DNA of 64,000 bases from Spirochaetota bacterium (GCA_963663865.1 OY760686.1:1120001-1184000); one strand, 5' to 3'; counted from the stretch's first letter, positions 20,935-31,450 are shown. Numbers and translations are program-made. Notes: generated by a model from the sequence alone, not told the origin.

Positions 20935-21771
20935 TTACCTGCCTACGTCGCTGATAAGCTTTCCTAATGTCGAATCGTGCGTCTGCACGGTTTTCTGATT
21001 GGCCTCGTAGCTTCGCTGGACCTCGATCATGTCTACCATCTCGCGGACAATGTTTACGTTGGATTTCTCAAGAAAGCCCTGCCGTACGGCTGGTGTTTCA
21101 GTCCTGGCAGCCGGCCCGGAGAACTCGGTCTCCCGGTACATGGAGTCGCCTTCTTTTTTTATCTCGCGGATGTTTTCAAAGTCAACAATCTTTAAGCGGT
21201 CGAGTACAATCGGATTGGCCCAGTCGTTTGAATTCTGTCCGACCATTTCTCGGGGATCCCTTGAAATATCACCGTTTACGATTATCTCTCCACGCTGATT
21301 AACGATGAAGTTGTTGTGCTGAACGACAATCGGGCCGTTTTGTCCTACTACTTGGTTGCCGTTTTTTGTCACAAGGATGCCGTTCTGGTTAATGGTAAAG
21401 GCCCCGTCGCGTGTATAGCGCTCGCCGCGCTCGGTCATGACTGTGAAAAATCCCCTTCCTTCAAGAGCAAGGTCGAAGTTGTTTTCAGTCCTCTGAAGGC
21501 TTCCCTGTTCAAAATGAGTGAACACCTCGTTGACTTCGACTCCGGTCCCAAGCTTTCCCACGAAGGGCATAGTATCGTATGAACCGGCCGGTGTTACACC
21601 AAGTCCGCTTTCATTTATTCTCCTTATCAGCATGTCGGGAAAGGACTTGAAGATGGCCGTGTCCTTTTTGTATGCTGTCTTGTCGACATTGGCAAGGTTG
21701 TTGGACACGGTGTCCATTCTGGCCTGCTGAGCGAGCATTCCGCTTGCGCCTGTATATATTCCTCTGAGCAT
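20935..21771 (-). CDS. Flagellar basal-body rod protein (FlgF/FlgG family)
   Basis: [27 protein letters not shown] and LEKSNVN...QRSYEAN. Confidence 0.93.
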   Translation of the reverse strand: MLRGIYTGASGMLAQQARMDTVSNNLANVDKTAYKKDTAIFKSFPDMLIRRINESGLGVTPAGSYDTMPFVGKLGTGVEVNEVFTHFEQGSLQRTENNFDLALEGRGFFTVMTERGERYTRDGAFTINQNGILVTKNGNQVVGQNGPIVVQHNNFIVNQRGEIIVNGDISRDPREMVGQNSNDWANPIVLDRLKIVDFENIREIKKEGDSMYRETEFSGPAARTETPAVRQGFLEKSNVNIVREMVDMIEVQRSYEANQKTVQTHDSTLGKLISDVGR

Positions 21772-21794
21772 GGTTCCTCCTTCAACTGATTACT

Positions 21795-21823
21795 CTATCG
21801 GAACAAGCAGGACATAATCTTAA
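21795..21823 (-). promoter_or_regulatory. Putative sigma28 promoter of the rod gene
   Basis: Minus strand reads TTAAG-N16-TCCGATAG, about 25 nt upstream of the ATG. Confidence 0.45.
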
Positions 21824-22072
21824 TGTAAATTGTAATGATAAACAAATGAATTAAAGCTGCATAAAAACCGAATTATTGGGGATGAAATTTGTATCTATGG
21901 TGATTTATCTGTTTATTCCAACTGGGCTTTTTCGTGAATATTAATTCTTTCTGGGTTTAAGGGAAGAATGTTGTGCAATAGAATATACAAAGTAGTAAAA
22001 GCGAATGTAAATTCTTCTATGCCGCAGAGCAAAAACATTCAGGTTGAATTTTCATATTTTTGAATCAGAATT

Positions 22073-22098
22073 AAAAAAACCGCCCCGAAGGGCGGTTT
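22073..22098 (-). terminator. Rho-independent terminator
   Basis: Perfect hairpin AAACCGCCC-CGAA-GGGCGGTTT with a minus-strand T run, downstream of the lipoprotein gene. Confidence 0.85.
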
Positions 22099-22127
22099 GA
22101 GCTTTTTTTGATCACATCAGATTTTTA

Positions 22128-23447
22128 TTACTCTATTGCTGCAGCTGATACCCACAGGCAGTCCAGGTTTGGTACGGTTGAACCTGTTGCCTTGATGACA
22201 ACATTGTATGTTCCTGCTGCAAGAGTTGTACTGAGCGGCATATCATCGAAGTTCTTCATTATCCACCACGATGACCAATCAGCAGAAGGACCGTTTACTG
22301 TACCTGTGCTTAGCGTAACTGTCGCAACAACAGTGTCATCTGACGGGTTGGTAAAGTAGATTTCCATGTTGAGAGAATTTAGAGCTATAGGACCTCCAAA
22401 AACAGAACCTGATCGAAGTCCAACAGAAGCTATTTCATAGGTCGTTGTTACTGAAGCAGTAAAGGTGTTGTCTGCTACTCCCCATGAACCTATTCCTGAA
22501 TTTCCACTAACGATATCATCCAATTCAGCTTCGACAACTGAGGTAGCTCCATATCCGCCGACAGTACCGGCAAATGTCATAGCCTCGCATTCAATCAAAG
22601 TATCAGTCGTTTCACTGAGCACAGGTATTGGTTCTGATGTCGGTACAATAGGGGCACCTCCGTCAGCCTTGTTCAGCCAGCAGAAGTCCAGGTTAGGCGC
22701 GGTCACGACAGCATCGGGTTCACCTGTAACCGCAATTACGATCTTATACTCTGTACCTGCCTGTAGTTCAGCGCTGAGAGGCATGTTGTCGAAGTTTTTC
22801 ATTACCCACCAGTTTGACCAATCAGCAGAAGGGCCTGTGATTTTCTCATCGCTGAGGGTCACAGTTGCAGCTGCACTGTCATCAGATGCCAGGAGGAAGC
22901 TAATGGCAAGAGCGGTCCCTGAGAGAGCGGGTGCTTCAACATCTTCTCCCATACCAAGATAAGCTGAACCAATCCTCAAGCCCATGCTTGAGACGTTAAA
23001 TTCCGGAGTAAAGACATAGGTCAGAGTGTTACCTGCCTTTCCGTAAGAGCCTACACCGGAACCTCCGCTTACAAGTGTTTCATCTTTTCCAGTCTCTACA
23101 ACAGACGCTCCTTCTTGAGTGGGTGTTCCAGCGAATGTAAATGCTTCACATTCAATCTTGATTGTTTTCGACGAATCAAGAGTCGGAAATGCTTCAGATG
23201 TTGGTACATCGTCATCGTCATCATCTGTAGGAGTAACATCGTCATCATCATCTGTAGGTGTAACATCGTCATCGTCATCCGTCGGTGTTACATCGTCGTC
23301 GTCATCTGCAGGTGTTACATCGTCATCATCGTCGACAATCTGTGTCTTGTCTTTGCTGTCATCATCATCACAGCCTGTTGCAACGAAAACAAAGGAAAAC
23401 AGAAAAAGCACTAATGCCAAAAGAGATAGAAAACGGTTTTTAAACAT
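22128..23447 (-). CDS. Acidic lipoprotein with Asp-rich linker and two tandem CBM6/35-like domains
   Basis: MFKNRF..FVATGC lipobox; (DDDDDVTPT)n; two internal repeats IECEA...GPSADWSxWWxMKNFD...PNLD; GGAG RBS. Confidence 0.8.
   Translation of the reverse strand: MFKNRFLSLLALVLFLFSFVFVATGCDDDDSKDKTQIVDDDDDVTPADDDDDVTPTDDDDDVTPTDDDDDVTPTDDDDDDVPTSEAFPTLDSSKTIKIECEAFTFAGTPTQEGASVVETGKDETLVSGGSGVGSYGKAGNTLTYVFTPEFNVSSMGLRIGSAYLGMGEDVEAPALSGTALAISFLLASDDSAAATVTLSDEKITGPSADWSNWWVMKNFDNMPLSAELQAGTEYKIVIAVTGEPDAVVTAPNLDFCWLNKADGGAPIVPTSEPIPVLSETTDTLIECEAMTFAGTVGGYGATSVVEAELDDIVSGNSGIGSWGVADNTFTASVTTTYEIASVGLRSGSVFGGPIALNSLNMEIYFTNPSDDTVVATVTLSTGTVNGPSADWSSWWIMKNFDDMPLSTTLAAGTYNVVIKATGSTVPNLDCLWVSAAAIE
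23206..23334 (-). repeat. 27-nt coding tandem repeat (about 4.5 copies) encoding DDDDDVTPT
   Basis: Repeated ACATCGTCATCRTCATC(T/C)G...GG units with synonymous variation. Confidence 0.9.
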
Positions 23448-23742
23448 AATCTCCTCCGAGGTGTTTATTGTTACAGATGCCAATTTCTACGCTTTATTAT
23501 TTTAAAACGCAATAAAATTTACGCATGGCAAATTCTCTTTTATTCCACATCAGGAATTCAAAAGATTAATCTGCTTCGCTTTATATGATATCAATTATTA
23601 ACAACGAAGCTTCTTACATTTTTAATATGCTTATAAACATCGCCCTCCGCGGCCTACGTTTATAAGGCTGATACAATTACTGTTTATATTCCAATAACAT
23701 TAAACGTAAGAATAAGAGCTTTTGGAAAAAGGAGGCGCCAGC

Positions 23743-24708
23743 ATGATGCTATTCAAAATCATTAAAAGATTTAATACTATTGCGGCAGTCCATAGATGCA
23801 TGCTATGCGATGTCGCGGGGCATTTCAGGCATTCTCTAATATTCGCAAGCGGCGACAGGCATAAGCTGATTGCAAGAATAATGCTGGCAGCCCATTCGCT
23901 GGAAAAGGGTCTGGCGATGCCCCGGAAAAAAGAGAACTGGGGCGGGCAAAAGGCTATTCAGCTTATAGTGCTGATTGAAAGATATATCAGGAAATATCCC
24001 GTAGAAGAGAGAGTCCATTCTGCTCTTGTCACATTGCAAAGCTTTCGTGATGATATATTCAGCGAAAAAAATCACGGCACAGCGCACGCGATAGATCAGC
24101 TGTTGTCTCGTTGCGGAGTGAGTTGTGAAAAAATAGAAGGCGCAATAAGAAAGATTAAGAAGCCCCGTTTCAGCATGACATATGAAGATATTGTTTCTTT
24201 CTATGAGTCGCGGGCCAGCGTAAGGGAGTTTTCTGATAAGCCGGTTACAGCTAACGAAGTCCGAAAGGTCTGCCGTATGGTAAGAACAACGCCGAGCGCG
24301 TGCAACAGGCAGCCATGCCGGCTTTACACTTTCAGAGACAGGGGCATAATCGAGAAGCTCATTAATAATCAGCTGGGCGATCAGGGCTGGTGCATGAACT
24401 GCAACCTGCTGTTTGTGGTCACGGCTAATCAGTCCTACTACAATGCGACATATGAAAGGTACCAGCCGTTCATTGACGGAGGCATGTTCGCCATGAACCT
24501 GGTTATGGCGCTGCATTCGCAAAAGATCGCCACCTGCTGTAAGATGTTTATTCAGCAGCCGGGGCTTGAGAAGAGGTTTAAAAAGGCCGCCGGAATCCCG
24601 GCATGTGAACGCCCTGTAATGCTGGTCCTGGCAGGACATTATCCCAGGCGGAAGGTGGTCCTTGCTCCGCTCAGCCGCAGGGTTGAGCTTGAAGTCTCAA
24701 TTGTATGA
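23743..24708 (+). CDS. Nitroreductase family protein with N-terminal extension
   Basis: RASVREFS, TPSACNRQP and IDGGMFAMNL; N-terminal HSLEKGL; GGAGG RBS. Confidence 0.88.
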   Translation: MMLFKIIKRFNTIAAVHRCMLCDVAGHFRHSLIFASGDRHKLIARIMLAAHSLEKGLAMPRKKENWGGQKAIQLIVLIERYIRKYPVEERVHSALVTLQSFRDDIFSEKNHGTAHAIDQLLSRCGVSCEKIEGAIRKIKKPRFSMTYEDIVSFYESRASVREFSDKPVTANEVRKVCRMVRTTPSACNRQPCRLYTFRDRGIIEKLINNQLGDQGWCMNCNLLFVVTANQSYYNATYERYQPFIDGGMFAMNLVMALHSQKIATCCKMFIQQPGLEKRFKKAAGIPACERPVMLVLAGHYPRRKVVLAPLSRRVELEVSIV

Positions 24709-24760
24709 TATCTGAAATGACGGGGTATTTAATATACAGTGTTTGACGCGCGGCGCTCTG

Positions 24761-26032
24761 TCAGGCGCCCCCCGGAATCCTATCGATGCGTGCTCCAAGA
24801 GATGAGAGCTTTTCGGGAAGCCTCTCGTACCCGCGGTCAGAGTGGTAGATGCGTCTTATCTCCGTTTCGCCTTTTGCGGCAAGCGCCGCGACAACGAGTG
24901 CCGCTCCGGCTCTGAGGTCAGACATCATCACCGGCGCTGATGAAAGCGATTTCACTCCCCTTACTATGGCCGTGTTGCCTTCAATCGTTATGTCAGCTCC
25001 CATTCGTCTCAGCTCAGGGACATGAGTAAATCTGTTCTCGAAGATTGTCTCGGTAACAGTTGAAATGCCGGGAACTACTGCCGCTAACGCCATGACAGGC
25101 GCCTGCAGGTCGGTGGGGAAGCCGGGATAGGGCACGGCCCTGATGATTGTACCTTTGAGCTTTTTGGACGGGTAAACAGTTGCAGTGTCCTTTGAAGTGT
25201 CCACCCGGTAGCCCATTTCCCTTAGCGAGTCGATGAGGGCGCCTATATGTTCCGGGACAATTTTTTTGATTGTAACCTTGCCGCCGGTAATTGCACCCGC
25301 GATTAGAAATGTTCCCGCCTCAATTCTGTCAGGCATAACCGTATATGTTACCGCGTTGAGCTTTTTGACTCCTTCAATCTCAATGCGCTCGGTTCCCAGC
25401 CCTGTAATTTTGGCGCCCATTTTAATGAGAAAGCTCCCCAGATCGACAATGTCCGGTTCCATAGCGCAGTTTTCAAGAACTGTTCTGCCTTTCGCAAGAA
25501 CAGCCCCCATCATGAGATTGGCAGTAGCCCCGACAGAAACCTTGCTCATCTTATAAGAGGCACCCTTGAGTTTGTCCTTTCCAGTTCTTGCCGTGATGTT
25601 CCCGTGTTCCAGTGTTATCTCAGCTCCCATCGCCTCAAAGCCTGAGAGGTGAATATCCACCGGTCTTTCTCCGATGGCGCATCCGCCGGGCAGGGAGACT
25701 ACTGCCTCTCCGTTAAGGGCGAGAAGCGGGCCCATGACGTAATAGGAAGCCCGCATGGTCTTGACCAGCTCGTAGGGGACCTCATTGCTCTTTATGTTTT
25801 CAGCCGTGATTGAAAGCGTGTTCTTTTCCTGGCTGAATTCACATTTAGCCCCAAGGACCTCAATTACTTTTATTATTGTACGTATATCCATAAGGTTGGG
25901 AACGTTTTTCAGGACTGTTTTCCCTTCGGCGAGAAGGCTGGCGACAATTATGGGAAGCGCCGCGTTTTTTGCCCCTGAAATGGATACTTCACCGGAAAGC
26001 TTTTTTCCGCCTTTTATTCTGTAAATGTCCAA
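24761..26032 (-). CDS. murA: UDP-N-acetylglucosamine 1-carboxyvinyltransferase
   Basis: SGAKNAALP, LPGGCAIGERP, YPGFPTDLQ and DLRAGA. TTG start at 26032 after an AGGAG RBS. Confidence 0.97.
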   Translation of the reverse strand: MDIYRIKGGKKLSGEVSISGAKNAALPIIVASLLAEGKTVLKNVPNLMDIRTIIKVIEVLGAKCEFSQEKNTLSITAENIKSNEVPYELVKTMRASYYVMGPLLALNGEAVVSLPGGCAIGERPVDIHLSGFEAMGAEITLEHGNITARTGKDKLKGASYKMSKVSVGATANLMMGAVLAKGRTVLENCAMEPDIVDLGSFLIKMGAKITGLGTERIEIEGVKKLNAVTYTVMPDRIEAGTFLIAGAITGGKVTIKKIVPEHIGALIDSLREMGYRVDTSKDTATVYPSKKLKGTIIRAVPYPGFPTDLQAPVMALAAVVPGISTVTETIFENRFTHVPELRRMGADITIEGNTAIVRGVKSLSSAPVMMSDLRAGAALVVAALAAKGETEIRRIYHSDRGYERLPEKLSSLGARIDRIPGGA

Positions 26033-26306
26033 TTGATTTCTCCTGAAGCCGGAAGGCCTGTGATTTGTCTTTTTTTGCAGAGTACCGTTGTTTTTCAAGC
26101 TTTTTTCCGGCGGGAAGGTCTGATGAGCGGGGTTGAATCCAATTCATTATTCTACTGGTTTGAATTATTATTTGAATGAAAATGTACTATGTAAATAGAG
26201 CAAAAGATTGCATATAAACTCAAAATAAGAGATTGTTTGTTGACAGAAAATTGTTAGGGTATTATTTAGATAAAAAAAATAATATAAACGTTACGGAGGC
26301 AGTAAA

Positions 26307-26687
26307 ATGAAAATCGCATCAATGATTATTGGAATTCTTGGCGCTGTGCTGGGAATTATTCTCGGTATCACATGGATGAGTGATTACTTCAGCATGCAGC
26401 AACAGATCAACGCAGCTGGCGCGATTGCAAAATCGCTGAGCAATTCACTTCTTCAGGCACAAATGGCAGAGCTCAGCAAGCTCTACATTGCGAGTTTTGT
26501 GCTTACAATCGGAGGCGTAATCGCGGTTGTTGCAACTATCATGATAAACAAGCTCAAGGAGAAGACTGCCTATGTTTTGATAGCTGTACCGGTTATTGCA
26601 GCTATTCTTGCTCCTAAATCTCTTGTTTTTACATTCCTCATGCCAATTGCAGCAATAATGGTTTTTGTTAAGAGAAAAAGCCTCTAA
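26307..26687 (+). CDS. Hypothetical membrane protein (about 4 TM)
   Basis: Hydrophobic ORF with GGAGG RBS, AT-rich upstream region and a downstream hairpin. Confidence 0.75.
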   Translation: MKIASMIIGILGAVLGIILGITWMSDYFSMQQQINAAGAIAKSLSNSLLQAQMAELSKLYIASFVLTIGGVIAVVATIMINKLKEKTAYVLIAVPVIAAILAPKSLVFTFLMPIAAIMVFVKRKSL

Positions 26688-26921
26688 TAATTGCTTGCAC
26701 TAATATTTTTCCGGTTGTTTCGGCAGGCGGAAAACTATTAGTGTAATTCAATTTCCTGCTATATTTATCGGATTAAACAGTTAAATTATTTCTCCCACCA
26801 TTTGTTTGTTGCAGTTATGGCTATATGACCCGCAGCCGGAGTTCAGCTTTTTTTCTTGCCCTATATAAATTATCATGCTAAATTATCCCCTGAAAATAAT
26901 TGGAACAAGAGGATTAGGAGA

Positions 26922-28151
26922 ATGACAAAAGAAGGAATCACACTGTTTCTGTCGGTATTGTTTATGTTTAGCGGACTGGCGGTGAAAGCCGCTGACAACA
27001 CACAGCCCCCTGCGGGGAAGTATTTCTACATAAAGTCAGTACAGGCCGGCAGCCAAAATCTGGGCTACTGGGACCAGCCGGGCAAGCCGTCCAGGTTTAA
27101 AAAAGGGGCTAATCTTGCGCTGTACGCGAAGGACGGCTTCGTGGATCAGCAGTTTAAGTTTATGAATGCCGGAGCAGGCATGTACTACATAGTCTCTAAA
27201 AACGGCGGTTATGTTGATATAGCCGGGGGGAAATCCTCAAACGGAACCAATGCTCTCATCTGGGAAGGACATAAGAAGAGCAACCAGAAGTTCAGGTTAA
27301 AGCACACAGGAGACGGCAAGTGGAAAATCCTAACATACACCAACAGGGCTGTTTGCACTCCGCGTAAATACAGCAACGGGACAAATGTCCACATCTGGGA
27401 AGACCACAATGGTTCATGGACGGAATGGTATCTTGTCGATGCTTCAACCGGTGTTAACTTCGGGGCCGAGACTTACAGCAAGACGCCTGATTTCTTTCTT
27501 GAGAACAGGGACAGGGCCTTTAACTACTCGTCACAGACACTGGTAGGGGGCAACAGGGGAACCGCGTATGTAGCGAGGATAGACTACGGCAGGAATATAC
27601 TGCTCGGACTCGACTATACCGGCATCAATCCTATGAATGGTAAGAAGATGGAAGTCAGCACATTCATGAGACTTTATTACGATAAGGGGCAGTACAAGCA
27701 GGCCGCATCAGACCCGGAATTTCAGCTTGTCGGCAAAGCTGAAAAGGATGATAAAAGGCTCAGCATGAGCCACAGTCAGGGAGGAATAACCCTTGAGGTT
27801 ACCGGAAAGAGCAAAGCTTCAGTAATACCAGCCAGCCCGATGTTTTTCATAAATAACAGGACTAAGCAGTTTGAATATACGACACAGACAGCGTTTTCCG
27901 GAGGCACCAGGGGAACCGCAAAGGTGATTAGCATTAAGGGTAATGCGATAGAGCTCAAGGTGACAGAGGAGCTTACTGATGAAAAGACGGGAAAGAAGAC
28001 CGTCAGGAACTCTACAAAAAAGCTTTATTATATAGATGGACAATACACCTTTAACTATGACGGATATGTAACATATGGATACGCCGGAGGTTCTGACAAA
28101 GTTCTTTCAATCAGCGGCGAGCAGGATTCAACAGACTTCAAGGTTAAGTAG
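26922..28151 (+). CDS. Secreted ricin-B (beta-trefoil) domain protein with two C-terminal repeat domains
   Basis: Signal peptide; QQF/NQKF/TEW ricin-like motifs, YVDIAGG and NGTNVHIW; AGGAG RBS. Confidence 0.8.
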   Translation: MTKEGITLFLSVLFMFSGLAVKAADNTQPPAGKYFYIKSVQAGSQNLGYWDQPGKPSRFKKGANLALYAKDGFVDQQFKFMNAGAGMYYIVSKNGGYVDIAGGKSSNGTNALIWEGHKKSNQKFRLKHTGDGKWKILTYTNRAVCTPRKYSNGTNVHIWEDHNGSWTEWYLVDASTGVNFGAETYSKTPDFFLENRDRAFNYSSQTLVGGNRGTAYVARIDYGRNILLGLDYTGINPMNGKKMEVSTFMRLYYDKGQYKQAASDPEFQLVGKAEKDDKRLSMSHSQGGITLEVTGKSKASVIPASPMFFINNRTKQFEYTTQTAFSGGTRGTAKVISIKGNAIELKVTEELTDEKTGKKTVRNSTKKLYYIDGQYTFNYDGYVTYGYAGGSDKVLSISGEQDSTDFKVK

Positions 28152-28243
28152 ATTAAATATGAAAGTTCCAGTCGGCATCTCAAATGCTGACTGGATAGCT
28201 TAACATGCGAAAATCAGAATGCCCATATTCTAAAGGAGGTGTC

Positions 28244-28651
28244 ATGGCTTTCATCGAATGGTCGGACAGCATAAGTGTGGGAGTTAACCAGTTTGACGAT
28301 GATCACAGGAAGCTCTTTGCTATTGCGAATAAACTTCACGAGAGCATTAAACTCGGTTTTCAGCAGAATGCGCTTGTGCCGATTCTCGAAGAGCTTCTTA
28401 ATTACACTATCTACCACTTCGGGCGCGAAGAGCAGAACATGGTCAATCATTCCTATCCTGACTATGAGAACCACAGGAAGGCACATCAGGCAATAATTGG
28501 AAAGGTTCAGGACTTTTATGACCAGGCAAAAAGCGGAAAGACTTCCATTTCATTGAGCCTGCTGGGTTTTTTCAAGGAATGGCTAATGACTCATATTATG
28601 GGCATTGACGCGAAGTATAAACCATTTTTCAAGGATAAGGATATTGCCTGA
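28244..28651 (+). CDS. Bacteriohemerythrin
   Basis: W..SVGV..FDDDHRKL, HFGREE, HRKAH and WLMTHI..D. Confidence 0.95.
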   Translation: MAFIEWSDSISVGVNQFDDDHRKLFAIANKLHESIKLGFQQNALVPILEELLNYTIYHFGREEQNMVNHSYPDYENHRKAHQAIIGKVQDFYDQAKSGKTSISLSLLGFFKEWLMTHIMGIDAKYKPFFKDKDIA

Positions 28652-28684
28652 GGCCTTTTATGGCTGGGTAGTTCGACGCAGCTG

Positions 28685-28719
28685 AAAAAAACGCGGATGA
28701 TATAACCGCGGCTTTTTTT
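28685..28719. terminator. Bidirectional terminator
   Basis: A run, CGCGG...CCGCG stem, then T run, between convergent genes. Confidence 0.7.
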
Positions 28720-28721
28720 CG

Positions 28722-30491
28722 TCAGGGTTCAATGATTTCAGCTTCGCTTAAATCATTCTCTTTAAGGACCGCAATCTTTTTATCGTAACGGTTGATATAA
28801 ATGCTGTCTCTGTAAAAGGTTATGAATGTGTCGCTGTCTATTTCTGTTTCAGATTTTGCTTCCAGTTCAAGGTCAGTGTTGAATTTCCCGAGATAATGCT
28901 TTTCAGTGTCGTTGTTTCTGATAATGGCGTATATGTGATTGTCTCTAATCTCTACAAAGCTTCTCCAGAATATGTTCTCTGTCCCTGTTTTTTTTGCTTT
29001 CAGCGTTTCCCTGTCAATGAGTGTCAGATGGTGCCCTGATTTGTGGCGGCCCTTATGCGTAATTACGACTATGCCGCCTGAGAAGATGTCGTATCGGCGG
29101 CCGCAGATGTTTTTTACCGGAGATTCAAATTCAACCTTACGCTCAGCGGCGTTGATCATGTAAAGGTGATTGTTGTAGTGGCCGCCGTCCAGATACTCGC
29201 TGATTTTGAGGTAGTAGAATTTTTCAGCGAACACATTCTTATCTGTTTCTTCTCTGAGAGTATCCTCTCTGCGGTCAAGCTCATTCTCTTTTTTCTCAAG
29301 CTCTACGGCCTTTGCGTCGAGGATTTCTTCTGCTTTTTCAGGGTCCTTCCTGATAGTCTCCTTCAGCTCATCGCGTTCAATCTCTTTTTTGTCAGCTGCC
29401 AGGTCTTTTTCTTTGCCTGCAATCGACTCTTCTTTCTTTTTCGCGTCCTGTTCCAGCTGTTCTGTTTGTTTCTCAGCAGCCTCAATTTGTTCAGCTTTTT
29501 CAGCGGCGTTTTTATTCTTTTCTGAAAGCTCTTTCTCCTGAGCGGCTATTTCCTTTTCCCGGTCCGCTATTCTTTGAAGCTTCTCTTTTTTTTCAGCCTG
29601 GTCGGTAATCCGTTCAGCAGCCTTCTTCTCTTCCTCGACGCTCTGTTTTTCCCTCTGGAGAGAGGCTTCTTCCTTTTTTAAAGCGCTGTCAGTTTCAGCG
29701 AGTTCCTTCTTTTTCTGCAGGATGTCGCTCCTTGCTGCCGATAGCCCCTTCTTCTGCGAGCCGAGCTTTTCTTTTTCAGATTGCAGATTACGCTCTTTCA
29801 TCTCTGCGAGCTCTTTTCTCTCGGATATTGCAGCTTCATCCTTCCTTATATTTCGCCTGACATTTTCATCGGAGATGGCAAAAGGATCGACCGAGGATAT
29901 GCTTCCTCTGAGAGAGTCCTCAGTCAGCGGGATGATGAGCCTTGTAGCGCCGGGCCACTCGAAGTACTTTGTGGAAATGCCGGCGTTTTTAGTGTTAATG
30001 TGTGTAAGCACAATCTTCTTGTATTTACTGCCGAAGTAGTCCAGGTTGCCGCGGTAAACCGCGTTGTAGTACGTGACAAATAGTGAGATAGTTCGGGACT
30101 GCTTTTGAGAATAGCCGTACATTGTCTCAAGGTATCCCTCAATTATCCTGCGGACGTACTGAATGTGGGAGACTTTTGCTTCCCTGTCGATTGAAATGAT
30201 GTCCGCAGAGAGCAGCGCTGGCTCATTTTTAGAAAGCGCCCGTATTATTGAATACTTCAAAGCAATGTTGTATGAGCTTCCGGCCCCGGCTCGATCAGCT
30301 CCTGCTGCGAGTCCGCTTCCGATACTCTTGACTTCTTCAACACTGTCAGCTCTGGGGGAAGGGCCTGTGTAATTTTTGAACTCAACGCTCCGTGTTCTCA
30401 ACTCGTTAATATCCACCTCAAGAGCGAAAAGCGAGGGAATAAAGGCCAGCAATGTTGTGATTGTTAGAAGCAAGGTCGCGGATTTATTCAT
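28722..30491 (-). CDS. P83/100 family spirochetal protein
   Basis: Signal peptide, ALEVD; F.NY.GP, ADIISI, YGYS and YNAVYRG...WPG..IIPL; central coiled coil. Confidence 0.82.
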   Translation of the reverse strand: MNKSATLLLTITTLLAFIPSLFALEVDINELRTRSVEFKNYTGPSPRADSVEEVKSIGSGLAAGADRAGAGSSYNIALKYSIIRALSKNEPALLSADIISIDREAKVSHIQYVRRIIEGYLETMYGYSQKQSRTISLFVTYYNAVYRGNLDYFGSKYKKIVLTHINTKNAGISTKYFEWPGATRLIIPLTEDSLRGSISSVDPFAISDENVRRNIRKDEAAISERKELAEMKERNLQSEKEKLGSQKKGLSAARSDILQKKKELAETDSALKKEEASLQREKQSVEEEKKAAERITDQAEKKEKLQRIADREKEIAAQEKELSEKNKNAAEKAEQIEAAEKQTEQLEQDAKKKEESIAGKEKDLAADKKEIERDELKETIRKDPEKAEEILDAKAVELEKKENELDRREDTLREETDKNVFAEKFYYLKISEYLDGGHYNNHLYMINAAERKVEFESPVKNICGRRYDIFSGGIVVITHKGRHKSGHHLTLIDRETLKAKKTGTENIFWRSFVEIRDNHIYAIIRNNDTEKHYLGKFNTDLELEAKSETEIDSDTFITFYRDSIYINRYDKKIAVLKENDLSEAEIIEP

Positions 30492-30523
30492 GACTCCTCC
30501 ATAGATTTCACTGACGGGCCCCG

Positions 30524-31450
30524 TTAACTCCGACGCGAGGGGTCCCGATCCTCAAGACCAAAGCACTCGTCGTGTTCAAAATTGCCGAGCGGCTCCATAT
30601 GTACGACGATGTCGTAGACGGCGGGTATAGCAGCTTTGATTTTCCCTTCGAGTTCAACTATTGATTCATGCGCGTCTATGACCCTGAGGGCAGGATTGAC
30701 CTCAACATCCATGTCGACGGCGTAAACAGCGCCGATCTTTTTTATCCGGACTCTGTGCGGATTATGAATTCCAGGCGTGCAGCGGACAATCTCAAATATC
30801 TTTTCGTAGAGCTCCCTGTCATGCTCGCCCTCCATGAGTTCAGTTACTGTACCCATGAAGATTTTGAACGCCGAGAACATTATCCAGCATCCTATAATGG
30901 CTGCCAGTATCTTGTCGATTATGGGCAGGCCAAAGAAGTATGCCGCGGCCAGGCCTGCCAGCACTCCGGCGGAAGTAATGATATCGTTTTGCATGTTTTT
31001 CGCATTGGCAGTCAGCATCGCGCTGGATGTCTTTCGGCCAATAGTGAGCTGGCTGCGGGCCAGAAGAAATTTTCCCGCAATTGAAAATATGGTGACGTAG
31101 ACGGCGAGGGGCTCAGGCTGTACAAACTCTGCTCCTGAAACAATGAGGCGTATCATACTGAGAGTGAGCTGTCCTCCAATGAAGAAAATGATAAAGGCGA
31201 GCAGTGTGGTAGCTATCGTCTCAGCTCTGTGGTGGCCGTAAGGATGTTTTTCATCGGGCGGTGCAGCAATGATGATGGAGGCCGCGAGCGTGATAAAGGA
31301 AATAAGAATATCAGTCAGGCTGTCCAGCCCGTCGCCCGTTACAGAGGCGCTTCCGGACACAACTCCGGCTGTGATTTTCACCACTGCGAGAACGGCGTTG
31401 CCCGCGATGCTTATAATTGAGGCGGTTTTGATCAGCTTGTTTCTATTCAT
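30524..31450 (-). CDS. Cation diffusion facilitator transporter
   Basis: DSLTD, PPDEKHPYGH, NDIITS and VHMEP. Confidence 0.93.
   Translation of the reverse strand: MNRNKLIKTASIISIAGNAVLAVVKITAGVVSGSASVTGDGLDSLTDILISFITLAASIIIAAPPDEKHPYGHHRAETIATTLLAFIIFFIGGQLTLSMIRLIVSGAEFVQPEPLAVYVTIFSIAGKFLLARSQLTIGRKTSSAMLTANAKNMQNDIITSAGVLAGLAAAYFFGLPIIDKILAAIIGCWIMFSAFKIFMGTVTELMEGEHDRELYEKIFEIVRCTPGIHNPHRVRIKKIGAVYAVDMDVEVNPALRVIDAHESIVELEGKIKAAIPAVYDIVVHMEPLGNFEHDECFGLEDRDPSRRS

Noticed and set aside
23836-24639. 267-aa antisense ORF
   Set aside because: It lies fully opposite the nitroreductase gene and has no recognisable motifs.
29250-29830. DNA repeat in the P83/100 gene
   Set aside because: It is low-complexity Glu/Lys coiled-coil coding sequence, not a discrete repeat.
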